Assembly (NCBI GenBank): GCA_951406725.2
Contig: OX597826.1
Coordinates: 21,886,001 to 21,950,000 of the forward strand
DNA: 64,000 nt
Source: Octopus vulgaris
Lineage: Eukaryota
Reading direction: 5' to 3'
Positions 1-9,689 of the stretch are shown piece after piece. The translations under genes were made by a program, and so were the position numbers. The first letter of the stretch is position 1, and each line of letters begins with the position of its first letter. The notes under the pieces were generated by a model. The model searched no databases. It worked only from the letters and a program-made list of their open reading frames with translations, and was not told the DNA's origin.

Positions 1-989
1 CCAAATGTGACAGATATTCTAATCATTTCAGTGTTGAGTCCACTTCACTTAATTTCTTTCATGAATTCTTTTCTTTCAGTAACTTCCCCAAATAGCACAT
101 CCATTCTGCCTCTTTTTTCAGTGTCAAAGGGCAATTGTACTGTTATTCTGTAACCCCGCTCCTGCTCTCCACCACACTAACTTGTTTGTTTTATCTGATA
201 CACCAGATTTGCTACCTGAAACATTTCATACCTCTGATCTTCAGATTGTTGAACACACATACAGATCTCTAACTTTTTGCTTCTACTTTTGCTAAGTATA
301 TCTGATCATATTTGTTTGATATTGTTCTTCTCTGCCACCTTTTTTCTCCTCTTTCTGAACCTGTGACTTAGTTTTTGTGGCTCCATCTACAGCCATAATT
401 CTGTCACCTTCTGTTACCTCAGTCATAAATATGGTCTGTAGCTCTCAGCAGATTGTCCTGTAGAAAATTGTTGTTTGCTGTTATGTTATAAGCCTCTTTC
501 TCCTCCTGCTTCTGTCCTAATCATTTGCTAGAATTTCTCTGAACCTGCAGCTGGTTCTTAGCTCTTTCGGCTTAATGTCTTCCTTCTCTAGATTGCCTTG
601 TGTCCATTTAGCTCTTGCTCTAAACTCACTTATCACAACTATTTGTTCATCAAGGATAAACTGAGCATTCACATACATTTACATTTCCTGATCAGTATAG
701 AAACTTGTTAGAAGACGACCAGATAGCTTTGGTTAGTCTCATAAAATATCTTTATTTATTTTCCTCCGAGTCTGAATTAGATGTGGTTTTTACAGAAATG
801 TGTGTTCCATTGTCAGAAATGTAATATTGATGTTCACAATTGCTGTATATGTTTTGTAGAGGATTAGACACATGTGAATTAGCATAAAGTACATTGTCTG
901 ATTACACAAGTGTAATAGCTCAATTGGCAGTTAATTATAATGAATACTTATCAATTCAATGACAGTAGTAAATACATACATGCTTACAT

Positions 990-995
990 ATATAA

Positions 996-1054
<59 letters not shown>

Positions 1055-1130
1055 TATACATAAATATACATGCATGCATACATACACACATATATACATT
1101 TATATGTATGTGTGTATGTATATATATATA
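990..1130. repeat. (TA)n/(CA)n compound microsatellite
   Basis: Direct inspection. Confidence 0.95.
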
Positions 1131-1344
1131 CAGATCGCCATGTTGATTCGTTAGCTACTGCACGCATTTTTTTTCTCTCCTTCTTTCTGTGTTTTTCTCT
1201 CTCTGTGTATCTTTCTGTTGAAGAGCGTAGGCTCGAAACGTTAAAGAATTGTTTTATTTATATTTCCTGAGCGCCATACTAATACAATTGTTCGTTTGTT
1301 TTCCACCTGCCTTCGTCTTTTGTTTATTTTCATAAAGCTTCCCG

Positions 1345-1346
<2 letters not shown>
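1131..1346 (+). mobile_element. Short Penelope-like terminal-repeat fragment embedded in a (TA)n array
   Basis: About 215 bp flanked by TA runs on both sides. It carries a minimal hammerhead-like motif and a tttcctgagcg motif shared with the element at about 39.4 kb. Confidence 0.55.
1210..1247 (+). ncRNA. Minimal type I hammerhead ribozyme motif (core variant CUGUUGA)
   Basis: TCTTT-CTGTTGA-A-GAGC gtag GCTC-GAAACGTT-AAAGA: stem I TCTTT/AAAGA, stem II GAGC/GCTC, palindromic ACGT stem III. Core position A6 is U. Confidence 0.55.
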
Positions 1347-1379
<33 letters not shown>

Positions 1380-1616
1380 CCTTTACAATGGCCAAAATAT
1401 TCATTGTCTTGAACCTAACTGGTCTTACTCCTTCACCACCGAAAAATACATCAGTTCTGAATAATTACTGATTGACCCAGCTACAAGGACATGTATACTC
1501 TATACTGGAGTACCAATGACATAATTGAAATAGTATTCACACACACACATCTAGCTGATAAGTAAATGTTCACACTATAACCACCTTTAGCTCACCAATA
1601 ATCTCTCCTTCCCCAC

Positions 1617-1669
<53 letters not shown>

Positions 1670-2171
1670 TACACACTATAGGTCCTATCTCTCTCTTGCA
1701 GGCTGGGTGGAGTTTTCAAGGAATATAAATCTTGCCTCTGTCTTCCTAGGACTAAACAATGAACGAAAGTGTGGATGAGTCATATTGATGATGGAAAGTA
1801 AGCTTAGAGATTCCTTGAGGATGAACTGGAAACAAATGTCTGGACTAAGTCTGAGAATTCTTTAGGACAGCTCTGTAAGTTGAGTCCAAGTGTGAGGAGA
1901 AGAGAAAGAAAATGAAGTTATCATTTGGATCGTAGATATTCATCGATGGATCATAGAATTCCACTCTCTAGAGCAAGAGTAAAGTGCCAAATATTAGACT
2001 CTAAATTCCTTTCAATGATTAAATTTATCAAACTGCCATTCTGTTGACTAATTGTTGCTGAAACAGAGCATCACCGGGCTCCTCAGCTTCTGGATGTTAT
2101 CCGAATTATGGAAACATTCAGTTTCACAGAGGAGGCAACACGGAAGTTATGGAGAAGATACTTCAAATTAA

Positions 2172-2563
2172 TCTCTATATATATAAAGTTGAAGTTGTCT
2201 GTGTATGGCATGTTTGGTAGCCTTCAACTAACACTATCTTCTCCGAGACCCTGCAGCGCAAGGTGACCAACATTGAGAGTATGATAGAAGAAGGCTTGCT
2301 CTTCCTTCCGTAGAAGAAAAAATTCAAATCAGACCATGTTAAGACCAAAAATTATTTTCATCAAAAAGGTGCTATTTTTCTATGAAAATCCCTGTTTTTT
2401 ACGATTTTTTGACTGCTGTGTCGCCATTTTTCGGTGTATTTCAACCAGAAAAATGTTCACTTAAAGAGAATAACAAGCTACATAATGCAAAATTTTTACT
2501 TTTCAAAAATTCCAATTCTAAAGGGTCGAAACAAACCCGAGCAATGCCGGGCGATACTGCTAG
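2172..2563 (+). mobile_element. Non-autonomous Helitron
   Basis: 5' A|TCTCTATATATATAAAG, subterminal hairpin CCCGagcaatgcCGGG, 3' CTAG|T. Inserted between A and T with no TSD. Confidence 0.75.
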
Positions 2564-3965
2564 TACATTTTAAACACAAACATGACTACTTTTGGCTGCT
2601 TGTATCAGCCAGAAATTTCTATGGAGTACACTCCTTACAGAATAATTAAAATTCAAGAAAACATAGTGCAAGAGACAGGAAAGATGCTTTCGTCCTCATC
2701 CTTTGACTAACCTATGGTTGGTCGGAACTCCGTTGACAATCCCTTTCCACACCACATGGTCCTACATTGCTGTGTTCAGATCTCTAATATCTTGCCCCAA
2801 GTCCTGAGATATCGTATCTGGAAATGTCAGTTTCCTGGAGAAAACACTTCCGGATGGATGCCATAGGAGCAGGGATGAGATAACCTCTTTCTCCATTCTC
2901 GTAAAAGAACTAAGAAAATTAATACAGCAACCTGCCTAAAGAAATCTAGCTTCTCGTGCCGTCTTGAACTTGCATAAATGTACAAAATACTGAATGGTTG
3001 TTGACTGTCTTGAGTTTATCCACCTTTTGGAAGATTTCTTTCCTTCATCCAGCAAGGTCATCCCCAAAATCACCCTCCTCACCAAGTAGGGTCAGTGAAG
3101 TTCCTGGCTTAGTCACTAACAATTAAACAATGCAACAGGTTGTAATGGGTTGTGCATATTTGATGTCTTGCATACAAGTCCTAGGGTTAATGGCTGTTGT
3201 ACAAATAACTCTGCCCTCACAGGTCATGTCACTGAGTTCTGGTTCCTTTAACAAAATAGGGGACTAAGAGTGTGACCATTGTACTAATGACTTTCAGATT
3301 TCTCAATGTACTAAATGTTTTTTTACCTGGATTGGGAATAAACCAATTGGGGAACCTCTATGTGGTTACTACACTTACTAGAAATAGCAGCCAAAACTTC
3401 TTCAAAACATCATACACTCTTAAAAAGGGAAAGACTCATCATTCTATTTTACTTCTTTATTTTATTAGTCAATTAGTTAACTAATTAACCAATTAACTAA
3501 TCAATTGTTTGATTAATCTATCTTTATTTTATGGATAGTACCTAAAATAAATATACTCACCATAAAAAGGCACAAAGATGAAAACAAGGTCTGATTGTTT
3601 AGCCCCAGGTTTGCTCTGATTCAGCAGACCTGTGATCAAACTCATTCCATGCAGGACCATCCCATCTTTATAAAGACTAGTTTGAAATACATTATTGAAA
3701 GTGTAACATGTTTAGATGTTTAGCTGGTGACTAAAAACAAGATGAAATTAATTATAAGAATTATTTGCCTTTCACAACATCACCCTATATTTCTCCAAAT
3801 TTCTGACATTGGACTGTTTCACTTATTTTGCTTTGTTCATCTTTTTTAATTATGTAAATTATAGATTTGGTGCATCTGTTGGCTGGTGGTGCAGTCACCA
3901 TTTCTATGTTGTTGCTCATATTAGAAATAGCAGCTAACATGCCCTTCATATAAATATCCTGACAT

Positions 3966-4370
3966 AGGCGCAGAAGTGGCTGTGTTAAGTAGCTTGCTTA
4001 CCAACTACATGGTTCTGGGTTCAGTCCCACTGCATGGCAACTTGGGCAAGTGTCTTCTATTATAGCCTTGAGCCAACCAAAGCCTTGTGGGTGGATTTGG
4101 TAGATGGAAACTGAAAGAAGCCTTTTATATACATATATGTGTGTGTATGTGTATTTGTGTGTTCGTGTGTCTGTGTTTGTCCCCCACCATTGCTTGACAA
4201 CCAATGCTTGTGTGCTTACGTCCCTGTAACTTAGCGGTTTGGTAAAAGAGAATGATAGAATAAGTGCTAGGCTTACAAAGAATAGGTCTTGGGATCGATT
4301 TGTTCAACTAAAGGTGGTGCTGTAGCATGGTTGCAGTCAAATGACTGAAACGTGTAAAAGAAAAAAAAGA
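3966..4370 (+). mobile_element. tRNA-derived SINE, family A (diverged copy)
   Basis: Colinear with 6034-6440: A/B-box-like head, internal (TG)n and the ggtggtgct..agcatgg..cagtcaaatgactgaaac tail. Confidence 0.85.
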
Positions 4371-4850
4371 AACTTATGAAGTGAAGGATGCATTGATAAT
4401 CATGTTCCTGATTCACATAGTCAATGAAATGATCATGGCTGGATTGCCTTTGATCATAAGTCTGCTTGGTCAAGGCTGACTCGGGATTAAAAATTATTTG
4501 TAACTCCTTTTGTTTCCATGAAAATCTTTGTCAACTGATCAGGTACGCTGGAGTAGTCTATACTGATGAGATCTAATAAACCAAAACATGTACATAGTTG
4601 TCTCCCTTGCATACAAACCAAAATCAGGCTTTCCTTTCCCTAAACATGTAAGTTAACCTTGACATACTAATTCTTAATTATCTCTCCCATTCCTTTCTTA
4701 GTTGTTAGCAAATGCTACCATTTTTTTTGCTTTCTTTCTCCATTTACAAATTAAATTTCAATTAATTTAAATTTATTTTCATACAACATTTATACAACAT
4801 TGCTTTATATTTTCAACTCTTCCAAAAACTTCATTAACCCACTCACTCAC

Positions 4851-4934
4851 ATGTCCGTGCTATGTTAATAACTTGGCCATCCTTGTTTAAGTGAATGCCC
4901 TCACTGGTAGTCACTTCATTGTACAGTGAACCCT
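4851..4934 (-). CDS. Candidate internal exon, possibly of the same gene
   Basis: Acceptor aattatttcag| and donor |gtgagt; 84 nt, open in phase 1-1: xGSLYNEVTTSEGIHLNKDGQVINIART. It lies in non-repetitive DNA. Direct joining to exon 2 gives TAG, so an intervening exon is needed and I did not find one. Confidence 0.45.
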
Positions 4935-5511
4935 CTGAAATAATTGTTATAGATTAATTAAAACAAGTAATATATTAAGTTGACATAATTGCAACAATAG
5001 TTTAATGACTTTTAGTTAACGAAGATGAAATGGTTGCATTTCATATATTGACACTGCTTATGACATTTTTTATGTAAAAATTAACAGAGCAATAAACTGG
5101 TCACTAATGCTAATTAAACATTTAATTATTCCTCAGCTTGTGATTATCCAAATGGATAAACCATTATTTAAATGAACCAGAGTAGTTCCAGTTGGTAGGA
5201 CTTCTATCAAATCCATTTTTTTACAATCTCAGTCCTTTTCTGCTCCTCTTGCACTTCCGCCATTGACCAATTTTTGAGATCTGCTTCTATTGTCTCTGTC
5301 CTCAGCTCAGCAATTTCTATTTGGTAGATTCTTATTCATCTACAACTTCATCTCCTGCACTCTTTCACTGAATTCTTATAGAATTCAGTAATCTATGTGA
5401 CCTTTTGACCTTGTCATAATGTAGAAATCTGTAGACTCAACAAAATTACCAAATTTATTTGAGGATGACTGAGGTGATTGTCAAAACAGTGACAAAACAG
5501 CAACTATTACT

Positions 5512-5566
<55 letters not shown>

Positions 5567-5986
5567 ATATATCATTATCATCATCATCATCATTTTCTTC
5601 TTGTTCGTGTAACATTTACGCTCCATACTGCTATGGTCACACTGTTTGACAAACTGATGAATCAGAGGATTGTGCTGTGCTCCAATGTTTTGGCATGGTT
5701 GCTATGGCTGCTACCAGCAACTTTACAGAGTGTGCTGGGTGCTTTTTTTCCATGGCACCAGCACTTGTCAGGTCACTTTGCAACTTGCAAAACTAAAATC
5801 CTGAAAGAGGCCCCTATAACTGTAGAGTAATCTTGTGGAGGAACAAGGAAAAGGGATGGGATGGGTGGGATTAAAGTCAGTGGTTAGTGAGAAAAGAAGG
5901 GATGAAATGGTAAGGGCTGTGAGGTATGTGGTATAGAGATGCTCAAGAGTTCTGACACATTATAAGAACAAGTTCAGCATCTTTGT

Positions 5987-6770
5987 GTTGCTAGAATGCC
6001 AGGATCTGTGGTTTTCATCCAGGACAAATCCGTAGGCGCAGGAGTGGCTGTGTGGTAAGTAGCTTGTTTACCAACCACATGGTTCCGGGTTCAGTCCCAC
6101 TGCGTGACACCTTGGGCAAGTGTCTTCTACTATAGCCTCGGGCCGACCAAAGCCCTGTGAGTGGATTTGGTAGACGGAAACTGAAAGAAGCCCGTCGTAT
6201 ATATGTATATATATATGAGTGTATGTGTGTCTGTGTTTGTCCCCCTAGCATTGCTTGACAACCGATGCTGGTGTGTTTATGTCCCCGTTACTTAGCAGTT
6301 CGGCAAAAGAGACCGATAGAATAAGTACTGGGCTTACAAAAGAATAAGTCCCGGGATCGAATTGCTCGATTAAAGGCGGTGCTCCAGCATGGCCGCAGTC
6401 AAATGACTGAAACAAGTAAAAGAGTAAAAAGAGTAAAGAGTATATAGCCTTAAAAAAACTCAAGATACTTCAGAGCTGAGTGATTTTACCCTACTTATTA
6501 AACACAATTGCAAATCAGAAAATAGTTCTTTTGTACCATTTATATATATTTCAGGTTTGTAATTTTGGTTCACTTCGGAGTTAAGGTTACATATCACAGC
6601 AGTGATAAACAACAAACACTATGAAATCCTGATATCTGCTGCACTTGTCTTTACCTCCAGTGTGATTTTGTTTCACCTAGCTCTGAAGTATCCTGTGCTT
6701 TTTAACACTATATGTCTGTAAAGGAATTTTTACTGGATGACAAACTGCAGTTCCTGGCATTCAAACAACA
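5987..6770. mobile_element. Old MITE-like foldback element with about 100-bp imperfect terminal inverted repeats; left arm split by a SINE
   Basis: gttgctagaatgccaggatctgtggttttcatccagg...[SINE]...aagatacttcagagctgagtga pairs imperfectly with tcacctagctctgaagtatcct...actggatgacaaactgcagttcctggcattcaaacaac. Confidence 0.6.
6034..6440 (+). mobile_element. tRNA-derived SINE, family A (young copy)
   Basis: Head ggcgcaggagtggctgtgtggtaag...ggttcagtccc resembles Pol III A/B boxes. The 3' end has stem-loop cagtca-aa-tgactg and a (gtaaaaga)n tail. Confidence 0.9.
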
Positions 6771-7333
6771 AACATAATTTATGTATATGATATTAATAAT
6801 GTTTACATCATTGAGGTGCTTCTGTTATGTAATTTGAATACACACACATGCATGTGCACACACACACAGATAGACAAACAGACAGAGCTCTAGCCTCATC
6901 ATTCCAACACACATTTAACTCTTGACAGCCAGGTCTACTGCAACACCAAGTATCACCAATCAGACCAATCTTTTATCATCTTGGCTCCAAATCAGCTTTT
7001 CCACTCCATTCATGTCTTCCACAGTTTTTCTCTTCTACAGATCCCTCTAACTTGGAACACACATCACTTCCTTCTGCCACTTTAGTTCCTTCCCCACCCC
7101 CATATACACCACATGCTCACATCAGTGCAATCTTCTCTCTTGTACACTTACTGTTAATTATGTCACTTAGTTAATGAAAGTTAACGACTACTCTTACTGA
7201 GCTTTTCTGCCATTTAAAAGCAACTGTGGTGTGGCTGTAACACTTACTGCTCTAATGCATCAGTCACACAGACAGTCTGCTTTCTCTGCCGGTGATTTCT
7301 CTACACTTATTGTACATCCATAGTTTATGCTAG

Positions 7334-7900
7334 GTGGCCTTCTACGTGGGATGGAGCCAGCCTACGTATGCACACCTTCCCTTCTTGGGACATAAAACTC
7401 TACTTGTGAAGACCTGTTGAGGCAAGTGAGGATCAGAATCGAAATCGATCAAATGGAAATTGCAGATGTGTTACCAGTGCCGGTGGCATGTCGAAACTCT
7501 ACTTGTGAAGACCTGTTAAGGCAAGTGAGGATCAGAATCGAAATCGATCAATGGAAATTGCAGATGTGTTACCAGTGCCGGTGGCATGTAAGAGAACCTT
7601 CCGTTTCGCGACCATTGCCAGCGCCGCCCCGACTGGCCTCGTGCCAGTGGCACGTAAAAAGCACCATCCGTTCGTGGCCGTTTGCCAGCTCTGTCTGGCA
7701 CCTGTGCGGGTGGCACGTAAAAAGCACCCACTACACTCACAGAGTGGTTGGCATTAGGAAGGGCATCCAGCCGTAGAAACACTGCCAGATTTGACTGGGC
7801 CTGATGAAGCCTCCTGGCTTCACAGACCCCAGTAGAACCGTCCAACCCATGCTAGCATGGAAAACGGACGCTAAACGATGATGATGATGATGATGATGAT
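7334..7900 (+). mobile_element. RTE LINE 3' UTR-only copy (5'-truncated) with an internal ~100-bp duplication
   Basis: Similar to 11637-12274; gtggcacgtaaaaagcacc units; (GAT)n tail. Confidence 0.85.
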
Positions 7901-7937
7901 AGCATACACAGTTTATAGTTTACTACTTTCCTGCATG

Positions 7938-8250
7938 TGGTGGTGCAATGGACCAGTGGTTAGGGCAGCGGACTCGCGGTCGGAGAATCGTGGCTTCAAT
8001 TCCCAGACCGGGCGTTGTGTGTGTTTATTGAGCAAAAACATCTAAAAGCTCCATGAGGCTCTGGCAGGGGGTGGTGGCGACCCCTGTTGTACTCTTTTGC
8101 TACAACTTTCTCTCACTCTCTCTTCCTGTTTCTTGAGTAACGCTGCAATGGACTGGCGTCCCGTCCAGTTGTGGGGAACACATACGCCACAGAAACCGGG
8201 AAACTGGGCCCATGAGCCTGGCTAGGCTTCAAAAGGGTGACGTTTATCAT
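7938..8250 (+). mobile_element. tRNA-derived SINE, family B
   Basis: tRNA-like head (tggaccagtggttagggcagcggactcgcggtc...ttcaattccc) and a gatggactggcgtcccgtccag-type 3' region. Confidence 0.7.
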
Positions 8251-8816
8251 TTTTCTTTCCTGCACATTGAGCAAGAGCACTTTCTTGATGGTACCAAGTC
8301 CTGTTTTCTGCCTACAAACACCATAGTCTTAGACAAGTTTATCTTGATTCTTGGTTTTCCTTTCACCTCTGGATTTATACAATTAAGATTACTTTTAACA
8401 TATTAATTATTAGCTATTTAACCTTAACCTTTGAACTCATAAGTCATGGAGTCACGACTCATGACAAAGCTGGTTGCTATAACAAATTCCTTTAATTCCA
8501 AAAGGAGTGCAGTTTCTAACCTGGTTAGACAATTTTTATTTAATGAAGGTGGTTAAGATAACAGAGATCATTATTAATTATTGTGTGTGTGTGTACCTTT
8601 GTCTAGACATCACTTAATGGTTGTAAAATGTGCATCATTGTCATACAAGTAAAGTTGTTCATTCCTAGTCTTCAAAGAAAAACATGTCTGACCATGGGGG
8701 AAATATTATCTTGCTTGGAAACAGGTGATGGTCAGTGATGAGAAAGACATCCAGATATAGAAATTTGCTGCAGCAAATTCCAACTGACCCATTAAAGCAT
8801 GGAAAAGTGGTCAATA

Positions 8817-8831
8817 TTATTATTATCATCA

Positions 8832-8921
<90 letters not shown>

Positions 8922-9134
8922 ATAAGGTGGTGAACTGGCAGAATCGTTAGCACGCTGCACGAAATGCTTAGTGGTATTTCATCCATCTTCATGTTCTGAG
9001 TTCAAATTCTACTGAGGTTGACTTTGCTTTTCATCCTTCTGGGGTCAATAAAATAAGTACCAGTCTGTACTGGGATTGATGTAATTGATTATCCTCCTCC
9101 CCCAAATTTCAGGCTTGTGCCTATAGTAGAGAGG

Positions 9135-9185
<51 letters not shown>

Positions 9186-9415
9186 GGCAGTGAGCTGGCA
9201 GAATTGTTAGCACACCGGGTGAATTGTTTAGTGGTACTTCGTCTGTCGCTACATTCTGAGTTCAGATTCTGCCAATGTTGATTTTGCCTTTCATCCTTTT
9301 GGGGGTCGATAGATTAAGTACCAGTGATACACTGGGGTCAATGCAATTGACTCATCTCTTCCCCCAAAATGGCTGCCCTTGTGGCAAAATTTGTAACCAT
9401 TATTATTATTATGAT
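8817..9415 (+). mobile_element. Two tandem SINE family C copies interleaved with (ATT)n/(AGT)n microsatellites
   Basis: Copies at about 8924-9135 and 9186-9400 (gagctggcagaa..gttagcac...ttctgagttcaaattc...tttgcctttcatcct), similar to 56347-56579. Confidence 0.85.
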
Positions 9416-9689
9416 GATAATGTATCTATATGTTTGTATGTATGTTTGTGTGTATATAGTGCTGATAGTTAATTCCTTCCCATGGGACCATGCTAGTGTC
9501 TAAGAACTTAGATACCACCTGTCTTTTGTTTTAACAACTATGGCAGAAATCTACTGAATATTGTTGTGTCCAAATTTCTTGATACCAGCCTGGAACCATA
9601 TAGTGAAGGTAACTACAAGCACCCTGTGTGTGTGTGTGTGTGTGTGTGTGTTTAATCTAGTATTTTTGTGTGCTTGTTTCATAAAAAAA

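Noticed and set aside
1-900. Possible gag or LINE remnant on the minus strand
   Set aside because: No ORF or clear motif; too decayed to call.
7801-7825. ctgatgaagcctcctggctt as a hammerhead
   Set aside because: No GAAA follows the stem, and sister copies read ctggtgcagcc, so the core is a chance variant.
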